Below are positions 25,917-33,438 of a DNA stretch of 33,438 nucleotides, piece by piece. The stretch is from a virus. Taxonomy: Duplodnaviria > Caudoviricetes. Location of the stretch: the IMG/VR virus record IMGVR_UViG_3300020458_000012, positions 1 to 33,438 of that record. One strand, 5' to 3'. The notes beneath the pieces were generated by a model that saw only the letters and a list, made by a program, of their open reading frames with translations, was not told the DNA's origin and ran no database searches. The first letter of the stretch is position 1; each line of letters opens with the position of its first letter. Made by a program: the position numbers and the translations under genes.

Positions 25917-26804
25917 TTAGGCGGTTTTAATACGTTCTCCGGCTGTCCCTACTCCGACAGAAGCTCCATAAAGAACGCTCATGTTGAAGAATAGTTTACC
26001 ATCTGGATTGTACCAGCTACGGAATTGGACAGGAAGTCCAAGCCCCGGAACAATAACCGTTTCCATCTCGACACCGGCCCTTGCCGCCGTTTCATCGAAA
26101 ATGACAGTACGACCAGCAAAGAGTAAAGCATTCTTCTGGAAGGCAAATGCTGCAAGATTTTCTCCATTTGCATCTGCAAGGTTAGTTTCGTGAATGTCAA
26201 ACTTAGCAACACGCGGCACAATTGCCTCGGCCTTTTCTTGTATGATGCCTGGGAACTCTGCGCTATTAAGCGTCTTCACAAGACTTGCATAGTAAGTTTC
26301 ATTACAGAATACAGAACGTCCGGATCTGAGTGCTTTTGCAGCCGTCAAGACTGCGCCAGAATCGACTATATCGTCACGATCAAAATTGGCCGCTGTGACC
26401 ACTTTGTCCGTACTGAAATTAGCTGCTGTGATTAGATTCCAAACGAAACCAAATACGTCTTCACCGACAGCTTCTAAAGCCGGTTCAACGAATAAAGCGT
26501 TCAAGTCGATACTAGACTTGCTACGTTCTAAATCAGTAAACGCATAGCTGAACCCCTTAAACTGATTCAAAGTGATGGTCTTTGCAACCATTACGACGTC
26601 AGTTGCATTGGTTTCATAACCAGTCGTCATATCACCTGCGGTCACTTCGGTCGGGATTCGAGTTGTCACAGATTCTCCAGTAGACGAAATGTCCGAAGAG
26701 AAGTCTGTTGTTAGTGCAGCCAAGGGAGCGAATAAATCCGTCAGAGCGGGTATGCTTTCCTGGGCGATTTGTGCGATATTTACGCCTGCTACTGTATTAG
26801 CCAT
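25917..26804 (-). CDS. Major capsid protein (HK97 fold, P22-coat-like)
   Basis: GESVTTRIP, KTITLNQFK, AFAFQKNALLFAGR, VLYGASV patterns; follows the protease. Confidence 0.88.
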   Translation of the reverse strand: MANTVAGVNIAQIAQESIPALTDLFAPLAALTTDFSSDISSTGESVTTRIPTEVTAGDMTTGYETNATDVVMVAKTITLNQFKGFSYAFTDLERSKSSIDLNALFVEPALEAVGEDVFGFVWNLITAANFSTDKVVTAANFDRDDIVDSGAVLTAAKALRSGRSVFCNETYYASLVKTLNSAEFPGIIQEKAEAIVPRVAKFDIHETNLADANGENLAAFAFQKNALLFAGRTVIFDETAARAGVEMETVIVPGLGLPVQFRSWYNPDGKLFFNMSVLYGASVGVGTAGERIKTA

Positions 26805-26822
26805 AATGTTTAGTTGTTGTGG

Positions 26823-27872
26823 TTATTTGAGGATTTGTTCGAGAACATGTTTGTTTTTAGAGTAAAAGTCCTGACATTCGATGAACTTACGCTCTTTTTG
26901 TAGATCGTGATACGTTTTCCAAAAGTCTTCTGGTGTCATCTTTTTAGCAGGTTCATCAATAGAGCCTTCATTTATAGTTTCATCAACAGGGGGGACTCCG
27001 AGGGATTCTATTACCTCGGCTGCCTTATCGGAAATGTCCTTCTGAGTCTTCTCAGTTGCTTCTTTAAGCTGCGACTTATGTAAATCATTCATCAATTCAA
27101 GCTGTGCCTTGTGGGCTGAGGTGACCACTTCCGCGAGATCGTCTGAAGTTTTAATCTGTGCTTTAGCGATCACAAATTCTTCGGTTATGTCTGCAAGTTT
27201 GTCATTGAGTATTTCAAGCTGCTTTTCTTGGCATTTGATTTTTATACCGTCGATCTTCGCCCTTGGTAGATCGAAATTCTTAGACGTTTCAAAGTCTTCG
27301 ATCGACGCGGCGGCGAGGTTTTCTTCACCAATTGAATCAATAAAACCAGCTTCAAGCGCTTCTTCAGCAGTGAACCAGGTAGTCTCATTCATTGCATCTT
27401 CGATCTCTTCAGAGCTTAGATTTGAACGAGAATAACTGTTACGAATATTGGCTTGCATCTTATCAAGTAATTTCGCGTCCTTGCGAAGTTGATCCGCATC
27501 CCCCATGCTCATTGTCCAAGGGTTATGAATCATAAACAACGCATTTGCTGCCATCCTTATTTCATCACCAGCCATTGCAATTACTGACGCCATCGAAGCG
27601 GCCAGAGAATCAATGTGTATAACAACTTTTGATTCATGCCTCTGAAGTGCGTTAAAAATCGCGTGACCTTCAATGACAGAACCTCCCCCGGATGAAATAT
27701 GAACATTGATTGTATCTACGTTCCCGATTTCTTTTAGTCCATCGATGAAATCTTTTGCGGTAATACCAAACATGCCGATCTTATCGTCGAGATTGATTTC
27801 AGCTTCAGAAGACTGCTTGCCTTCAGCACCAGTGTTGCGGCTCATTGAGAACCAAGTTTTCGTTGTGTTCAT
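26823..27872 (-). CDS. ClpP-type head maturation protease with C-terminal scaffold-like region
   Basis: HISSGGGSV, LAASMASVIAMAGD (Ser), FMIHNPW (His), ETTWFTAEEA; start placed at ATG 27872. Confidence 0.93.
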   Translation of the reverse strand: MNTTKTWFSMSRNTGAEGKQSSEAEINLDDKIGMFGITAKDFIDGLKEIGNVDTINVHISSGGGSVIEGHAIFNALQRHESKVVIHIDSLAASMASVIAMAGDEIRMAANALFMIHNPWTMSMGDADQLRKDAKLLDKMQANIRNSYSRSNLSSEEIEDAMNETTWFTAEEALEAGFIDSIGEENLAAASIEDFETSKNFDLPRAKIDGIKIKCQEKQLEILNDKLADITEEFVIAKAQIKTSDDLAEVVTSAHKAQLELMNDLHKSQLKEATEKTQKDISDKAAEVIESLGVPPVDETINEGSIDEPAKKMTPEDFWKTYHDLQKERKFIECQDFYSKNKHVLEQILK

Positions 27873-27886
27873 AATATGTATGGTTT

Positions 27887-27893
27887 GTGTCAA
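27887..27893 (-). promoter_or_regulatory. TTGACAC structural-gene motif
   Basis: TTGACA 15 bp upstream of ATG 27872; contains the portal stop codon. Confidence 0.6.
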
Positions 27894-29377
27894 GTATTCG
27901 TGTTTTTGTTATCTTCAGATTCTTCAACATTAGAAACAACAACGTCTCCTGGCTGTGCCGTTGTTCCAAGCTCTTCTGGGGTAAGGTCGTGATCTTCTGC
28001 TATTTTCTTTCGATCCTGCAAATAAACAGCACGGGTCGTTGTCCACGCGATTGGGTCATGTCCTCGTTTTATTAAGATTTCAGACTCACTTGCCAGCCCT
28101 GCCCGTAGGTCATTGCGGTCTTCTTGGCGATTCCTCCCGTCGTCCACGGTGAATTCGCGCGGCCTTGTAAAGCTACATTTAAACCAATCCTCCGGCAATT
28201 CGTAGATGCCTTGCTTCGCCCGCTTGGCGATAATGTAAACAGCCATGCGCTTTTGATACCGAGCCAAGACCTCAACTCTATCATAAATTGAATCGTTAAT
28301 ATCGCGCTGAAATGCTCGCACACCCGCGCCTCCAACATCCTTAGAGTCAAGCATTTCGCGACGCCACCCCATACCGAAAAACGCGCCTTCCTCGACCTTT
28401 TTAGTAAACTTCAAAAATCCCTCGCTCGGCCTATTTGATTCGTGAGCTTCAAGTGATGAACTATTCTTTAAATATCGAATCATGCCGCCGTGCATCATTT
28501 CAGATTGAAACGGGGCAACCGAGGCTCCGCCCTGTCCGCCAACCAATCTCCTTGCTTCATCAGCTGTACCAGAAGGGGTCGTTTCCTTCATAGTAATTGC
28601 AGCATTTATCTTCTGAGATAAAAGCTCATAGTTTCGGACTTCTGCCAAATCATACCAATCCAACATAGCTGAAGCAATCGATGGTATTCCTCGTCCCTGA
28701 CTAAAATGATCGGGGTCAAGAACATGAATCATATCACGCGAAGAAATATCCCTAAAGTTATTTCCGCCTTCCGTAATAACACGATATGCGACCTCAAATG
28801 AAAACTCATTGTAAATGATTCCATTCTTAATCTTCAGACCTTTGTAAGCTCCAGATTCAACAATATCTTCAAAACTGTTATTGAACAGGCTAATCCTATG
28901 AGCTTCCAAATATTGCAAGCGAGGAAAGCCTGCCTTTGTTTCAGTCAACAACACAAAGAAATCACCATCAATATCAAGGTTCTTGGATTCAATCTTAATA
29001 TTCCGGCGGAATGAATACTGAGGCCCACGAATATCAACCATAGTGTCGATCAATTCCATATCGGCCTCCACCGCTTTTACGAAATCCTCATCCTCAGAAT
29101 GAGATTGAAAACGCCACGATTGACCGTACACCTTTCCCGCCTTCTGCTTAACAGCACCATTAACAACACTACTTGACGCGTAGATATATCGAGCATCATT
29201 TCTTAGAAGTCGAATTTTATTACGGCTCATGATGTCGAGCATGTCGGCATTTAGATCGCCCTGAGTTCTACGCTGTGCGCTCTCCGATGCGGTAGGATAC
29301 AAATCGTCACCTCCAAAAAATGAGAAAATTGCATTTTTTGCTCGGGTATTAAATGCTTTGAGTGGTTTTATGGCCAT
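27890..29377 (-). CDS. Portal protein, lambda family
   Basis: LRNDARYIY, DGDFF, LQYLEAHRI, NGI...VAYRV, MIHV...QGRGIP motifs. Confidence 0.92.
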   Translation of the reverse strand: MAIKPLKAFNTRAKNAIFSFFGGDDLYPTASESAQRRTQGDLNADMLDIMSRNKIRLLRNDARYIYASSSVVNGAVKQKAGKVYGQSWRFQSHSEDEDFVKAVEADMELIDTMVDIRGPQYSFRRNIKIESKNLDIDGDFFVLLTETKAGFPRLQYLEAHRISLFNNSFEDIVESGAYKGLKIKNGIIYNEFSFEVAYRVITEGGNNFRDISSRDMIHVLDPDHFSQGRGIPSIASAMLDWYDLAEVRNYELLSQKINAAITMKETTPSGTADEARRLVGGQGGASVAPFQSEMMHGGMIRYLKNSSSLEAHESNRPSEGFLKFTKKVEEGAFFGMGWRREMLDSKDVGGAGVRAFQRDINDSIYDRVEVLARYQKRMAVYIIAKRAKQGIYELPEDWFKCSFTRPREFTVDDGRNRQEDRNDLRAGLASESEILIKRGHDPIAWTTTRAVYLQDRKKIAEDHDLTPEELGTTAQPGDVVVSNVEESEDNKNTNT

Positions 29378-29721
29378 TATCTTATTTGTTGAGCGAAAAC
29401 TCCGACGGTTCTATCGGTCACCTCATTGCCAGCATCGACTAAATATGCTTCAAGCTGTGCGTCTGTCATAGCCGCGCCTGAAGTGCCGCCTTTCTGTATA
29501 AAAGACCAAGATTCATAGACAATCTGGGAGAAATCTGCGGGGGTCTGCCCTTCGGGAATCTCCCATGTAAACGATTGCCCCTGAACGGTAGATGACACGA
29601 TGACTCGACCGCCCTGCTCGGCAGTATCAAATTGATTTGAGGCAAGGGTTTCCAGCGCAGCAAGTGTCAACGCATAAGTCTTACCGGCATGAACCCAAAC
29701 TTGAAAAATAAAAGCACGCAT
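29377..29721 (-). CDS. Head completion protein (gpW position)
   Basis: Between terL and portal; IVSSTVQGQSFTW hairpin; start placed at ATG 29721. Confidence 0.6.
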   Translation of the reverse strand: MRAFIFQVWVHAGKTYALTLAALETLASNQFDTAEQGGRVIVSSTVQGQSFTWEIPEGQTPADFSQIVYESWSFIQKGGTSGAAMTDAQLEAYLVDAGNEVTDRTVGVFAQQIR

Positions 29722-29735
29722 TATTATGCGTTCTT

Positions 29736-29742
29736 GTGTCAA
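29736..29742 (-). promoter_or_regulatory. TTGACAC structural-gene motif
   Basis: TTGACA 15 bp upstream of ATG 29721. Confidence 0.6.
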
Positions 29743-29796
29743 GCAAACTGATCTTCAGATTTCCGGACATGGGGATTCCGATAACGGAACTGGGTG

Positions 29797-31587
29797 TTAA
29801 ACCTCTGCATTCGTTGCTTCATTCTTCTCATCTTCTGTAATAATGTCCTTACCAATCAAGCCAGCCATCGCAGCGCAAACAATTTGCATCCGTTCGCAAT
29901 CGTAATAGTGATCATGTCGCCCGTGCGCTCGCTTGAAATCATAGAAAGTTCTACCAGTTCGAGGGTCTTCCTTTGCAATCTGAATCCATGAATTCAGTTG
30001 TTTTACATAACTATCACCGACGTCCTGAGCATAGGTCCACAATTGTTCCGGTTCAAGCATTCCACGAAGCGTAGACAATCGCAATCTGGTCTGAGGCACT
30101 GAATATCGAAACTGTCCACAGTACTTTACTGCTCCTGATTTAATGTCTGTTCCTTGCCAGGTATCAAGATATTGAATACTACTATAGATTTTATACGTCC
30201 CATCATCATGCCGAAATAATTTGCAGTCCTCACCGCGAAGAACCAACCAACCATTCTTCGCGGAAATTCGCTCCACTTCTACATGGTTATAGTTACCATC
30301 AACAAAGACTTGGCACCCTCCCTGTTCAGGATCGATGCCGCCTTGTAAGAGTCCCCACTTTTCGCAGATTTCTACAATGTGCAAATCACTCACGCACTTC
30401 TCAGCATGTATCAATCTGGACTTAGCATTCCGAGCCCAGGCTCGAATCACTATATAGAAATGATCCTTTTGAACATCGATTGTGCAAAAGGTGTGTAGTG
30501 CGTCCGGCCACGTCGTCCCGAGATCATAGTCGCCCTTACTCTCAATGTCATCTGAAACAGCTACATGCTTGATCTCGTCCCATGGTTCGCAGAGACGCTT
30601 GCGCACAAAGTTCTCGAGATCGTCCAAGCTCCCGCGATTCTTCGAAGCAGTAGCTTGAGTCCATATTACCGCGAGGTCTATCCAAGAATCTCGAGCAAGT
30701 GCATTGTAATGATAAAAGTCGATCTTCGGATCGCCATCAGGATTCATCTGTATGTAACGACCAGCAAGATTCCTCCGATCGACGTCCGCAGCATTGTAAG
30801 GCATAATTTCTCCACACTCTTGGCATTTGTACCCAACTGAAGCACGAATGTTGTCATAGTTTATTCCGCCGTCTTTGTTGCGAGCCTCTTCGCCTGTCGC
30901 AAATTTTAGATTGTAATCTCCATCCTTCGAACTCCAAACATAGGGGATTTCATTATGACAGTGGTCGCACTTCACATGCCATGTACGTTGAGTTGATTCA
31001 TTCCATAGATCGTCTAACTCAGTGCCTAATGTCTGGCCAGTAGTCGCCAAATAAATTGACCAACTCCATGTGTAACTTGTCGTTCGATCTCGGATCTGTT
31101 TTATCCATGATGGCTCATAATCCCATGACTCATCCAACGTTATAAATTCAAATGTCTTTGAATTTCGGTGCGCCAAAATATTAGCAGACGCCAACCGGAT
31201 AAAGCCGAAGGGCATTGCGGTGTAGTAAGTCGTCTGACTTTTTCGATCCTTAAAGATCACGTTCATTACCACCTTTGTATTCTTCAGCAGTGGTTGAAAC
31301 TTGTCTTCTGAAAATGACTTCACCGCCGCCAATGTTAAATCATAGTGCGCAGCGCGAGCGGGCGCAGCGTGAGCACGGTATAAATGCAATATCTCAGCAA
31401 GCAAAGTCTTGAAAATTTGAACACTCCCAATAACACCGACCATACCACCGCGCATGCGGGCTCCGGCACGAAGCGGCTCGAGCATCAACGGATGCTTCTT
31501 CGAGTCAAACTTCCCGTAGTCCAGTTGAATGTTTCGTTCACACCAGACTACCGGGTCAACGGTCTTGAGCTTCAACAGATTAACCAT
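29797..31587 (-). CDS. terL: Terminase large subunit, lambda GpA family
   Basis: Walker A-like SVQIFKT, Walker B LDE, CDHC/CQEC zinc site, FVRKRLCEPW, TIDVQKDHF, FVDG, DHYYDCE. Confidence 0.92.
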   Translation of the reverse strand: MVNLLKLKTVDPVVWCERNIQLDYGKFDSKKHPLMLEPLRAGARMRGGMVGVIGSVQIFKTLLAEILHLYRAHAAPARAAHYDLTLAAVKSFSEDKFQPLLKNTKVVMNVIFKDRKSQTTYYTAMPFGFIRLASANILAHRNSKTFEFITLDESWDYEPSWIKQIRDRTTSYTWSWSIYLATTGQTLGTELDDLWNESTQRTWHVKCDHCHNEIPYVWSSKDGDYNLKFATGEEARNKDGGINYDNIRASVGYKCQECGEIMPYNAADVDRRNLAGRYIQMNPDGDPKIDFYHYNALARDSWIDLAVIWTQATASKNRGSLDDLENFVRKRLCEPWDEIKHVAVSDDIESKGDYDLGTTWPDALHTFCTIDVQKDHFYIVIRAWARNAKSRLIHAEKCVSDLHIVEICEKWGLLQGGIDPEQGGCQVFVDGNYNHVEVERISAKNGWLVLRGEDCKLFRHDDGTYKIYSSIQYLDTWQGTDIKSGAVKYCGQFRYSVPQTRLRLSTLRGMLEPEQLWTYAQDVGDSYVKQLNSWIQIAKEDPRTGRTFYDFKRAHGRHDHYYDCERMQIVCAAMAGLIGKDIITEDEKNEATNAEV

Positions 31588-31771
31588 TTAAATCCTTCAA
31601 GATAAGAACGAACACGACGACGTAGATTAACGCCTCAACAAACAGAGCACGATCACGCTGAGCTTCAACTAGGTGTGGTCTGCCCTGAATCTCTCGAGTC
31701 TTCGCAGAATAGTACCGGCCAAGAATGCAAGCCAATGGCCAGACCACTACCCATGTAATTAGATCATTCAT
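31580..31771 (-). CDS. Small two-TM membrane protein between terS and terL
   Basis: Two hydrophobic segments; overlaps both neighbours. Confidence 0.6.
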   Translation of the reverse strand: MNDLITWVVVWPLACILGRYYSAKTREIQGRPHLVEAQRDRALFVEALIYVVVFVLILKDLNG

Positions 31772-31992
31772 GTTCTGTATCTTGTATGAACCTTAGAACG
31801 GTTGAGAGAAACTTCCAACTTCGCAGCAATCATATTCGAGGTAGCTACCTCGCGCTCCAACTGTCGGGCATGATCTCGCATCTTCTCCAGAGCCTGAAAC
31901 CAGAAGACACACAGACCTGCTCCTGCCATGTGAGTATCTGTGAAAGTGACATCCTTCCATACTTCATTTGTTCTAGGTGTATCTTCATTCAT
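31768..31992 (-). CDS. Small DTPRT-type coiled-coil protein
   Basis: MNEDTPRT...HARQLERE; ATGA overlaps on both sides. Confidence 0.65.
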   Translation of the reverse strand: MNEDTPRTNEVWKDVTFTDTHMAGAGLCVFWFQALEKMRDHARQLEREVATSNMIAAKLEVSLNRSKVHTRYRT

Positions 31993-32729
31993 TTTGTTTC
32001 TTTCTTTTTAGTTTTAGTTTTAGTCTTCTTCTTCTTCTTTTCCTTTGGCCAAAGTAACTCAGGATTTCCAAGATACTGACCGGCCTCCTTCTGGTAAGCT
32101 GCAATCACCCAATCAGGCAATCCAGGCGTGCCGCTCAATTTCGAGACCTTATCAAGTCCAGAGAAGAGACGGCCTCCGACAATCGCTGGCATCAAGACAT
32201 CATAGATTTCCACCGGATCATCGAGACCAGAAAGATGCTGGCAAATCATAGTCATCACACTTTGAATGCAGGCGTTCCCTGAATAGCACATGTCGCATAT
32301 TATCTGCTCGACCCGTTCGCGCGGTAAGGTTGCGCCAGTCTCCACTCCGAGCTTCGCCGCGTGTATCTCGCTACGCCGAATTGATTCAGCCGCCTTCAAA
32401 TACAAATCAGCCCAAAATGAAATCTGGGATTGGTCGTTCGTCCTAGTAGCTATAGACAACTCCTTACTATAATGATCTCTAAAATCCTCGATCGTCTGAC
32501 CATCCTTAGATTTCAAGACATCCTTCTTTGTCGGGAGAGGTGAAATGCGATGCTTTTTTAGATACGCTTTTACGTGCCGAGTCTTGTGCTGTAAGTTGTT
32601 TAACCAAGTCAGCATCTTCGGCTTGTTCATATACGGCGCTCCCTGCTCCAGCCAGTCACGAAACGTTCGCTCAGACACACCGAACTCTTCTGCGTAATGC
32701 TTATGGGTCTTTCTCGCCATCGTACCCAT
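31989..32729 (-). CDS. terS: Terminase small subunit (Nu1-like)
   Basis: N-terminal winged HTH YAEEFGVSERTFRDWLEQGAP, coiled coil ending ETGATLPRERV, upstream of terL; Lys-rich tail. Confidence 0.8.
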   Translation of the reverse strand: MGTMARKTHKHYAEEFGVSERTFRDWLEQGAPYMNKPKMLTWLNNLQHKTRHVKAYLKKHRISPLPTKKDVLKSKDGQTIEDFRDHYSKELSIATRTNDQSQISFWADLYLKAAESIRRSEIHAAKLGVETGATLPRERVEQIICDMCYSGNACIQSVMTMICQHLSGLDDPVEIYDVLMPAIVGGRLFSGLDKVSKLSGTPGLPDWVIAAYQKEAGQYLGNPELLWPKEKKKKKTKTKTKKKETK

Positions 32730-33057
32730 CTAGTAAATTGAGGTCATCGCCACAGAGAGTTTTAATCATTAGATCGTTCCCTCTCCATGCAGCTATGTTC
32801 ACGGCTGTGGGCCATGACCGAATATTATTTTGTCCGCTTTTTTGAGAATAAGTAATCTGTACCTCGACACCCATGATTGTCTTCTTATCTCCGATAGCAA
32901 ATCCATCTAATGGCTCTGGGTTATTTTCTATATCGTTCATTTTCTTTTTTACCCGATCGACGCTAACTGGCTTGGGCTTCGGTTTCTCTTGTGCTGTCGC
33001 CGCTTGTGGCTTCGGGTTCGGTTTCGTTTGTTCCGTTATGATCTTCTTCTGTTTCAT
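32701..33057 (-). CDS. Hypothetical protein
   Basis: 118 aa; AAAGGA SD-like sequence upstream; P/K-rich N-terminus. Confidence 0.7.
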   Translation of the reverse strand: MKQKKIITEQTKPNPKPQAATAQEKPKPKPVSVDRVKKKMNDIENNPEPLDGFAIGDKKTIMGVEVQITYSQKSGQNNIRSWPTAVNIAAWRGNDLMIKTLCGDDLNLLDGYDGEKDP

Positions 33058-33079
33058 ATCTTGTTTCTATTTCCTTTAA

Positions 33080-33340
33080 TCAGCTATATTGTGGAGCAGA
33101 GAGACCATCACGATCCGTCACCTTCAGTAAGATTAGGTCAGGACCTGTGACATCCATGACAGTAAATTGCCCCTCATTCCAATATGCGACTCGAACGACC
33201 AAGCAAAGATCAGAGAAGCTCTTATTGAGAGGTCTTCTCTTGTTAATAGAGACCACGAATACATCTTCTCCCAGTAGTTCAATCGTATCACCTGGAGCTA
33301 AGCCCTCTAAGTCTTTTGTATATTTTTCTATATCATTCAT
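33080..33340 (-). CDS. Hypothetical protein
   Basis: 86 aa; AAAGGA SD; first gene after the putative cos. Confidence 0.7.
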   Translation of the reverse strand: MNDIEKYTKDLEGLAPGDTIELLGEDVFVVSINKRRPLNKSFSDLCLVVRVAYWNEGQFTVMDVTGPDLILLKVTDRDGLSAPQYS

Positions 33341-33388
33341 TTTATTTCCTTTGTTTCGTGGTTGTTTATATTGCGAAGATTGACGGCA

Positions 33389-33420
33389 TGTATTGACAAG
33401 ATGAGTTTAATTGATAAATG
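33389..33420 (+). promoter_or_regulatory. Possible outward-facing sigma70-like promoter
   Basis: TGTATTGACA-N16-TAAATG with TG two bases before the -10. Confidence 0.45.
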
Positions 33421-33425
33421 GCAGT

Positions 33426-33437
33426 AGGCGCCTAACC
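33426..33437. repeat. Terminal direct repeat, right copy (putative cohesive end)
   Basis: Identical to 1-12; followed by a single non-matching A. Confidence 0.8.
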
Positions 33438-33438
33438 A

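Noticed and set aside
18817-29742. Stop-codon reassignment or TGA readthrough at TTGACAC sites
   Set aside because: Core genes are full length in the standard code, and readthrough at 18911 meets another TGA four codons later
29776-29789. Hairpin TTCCG-ATAA-CGGAA after terL as a terminator
   Set aside because: Short, weak stem with no U-tract
892-33383. Other plus-strand ORFs in the track
   Set aside because: All overlap well-supported minus-strand genes and show no recognisable motifs
1-33438. Terminal 12-mers as attL/attR of a prophage
   Set aside because: No integrase or host flanks; length, sequence and position upstream of terS fit cos better
1-33438. tRNA or structured ncRNA genes
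   Set aside because: No cloverleaf or T-loop signature seen in the few intergenic gaps; a covariance search was not run

Overview
The window looks like a complete ~33.4 kb tailed-phage genome (siphovirus-like, lambda-type GpA terminase and portal), given in reverse orientation. Every credible gene is on the minus strand. The two ends share a 12-bp direct repeat (minus strand GGTTAGGCGCCT) that resembles filled-in lambda-like cohesive ends. Order from the right end: terS, terL, head completion, portal, ClpP-type protease, capsid, neck/tail, tape measure, tail-tip/fibre genes, an atypical putative lysis cassette, a Cas4-like exonuclease/Sak4/SSB/SF2 helicase/RusA/primase-helicase module, an accessory block (secreted carbohydrate-binding protein, orphan C5 methyltransferase), an iteron-type origin candidate, and RHH and HTH regulators. 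I recognise no integrase, repressor, endolysin, tRNA, CRISPR array or reverse transcriptase. Most notable are (1) a lysis-position cassette with no endolysin but a tiny cationic peptide, a spanin-like pair and a serine esterase, in a phage whose host is inferred to be Verrucomicrobiota-like, and (2) a TTGACAC element only 15-17 bp upstream of several structural-gene start codons, which does not fit sigma70 promoter geometry. All family calls are by-eye motif recognition; no searches were run.
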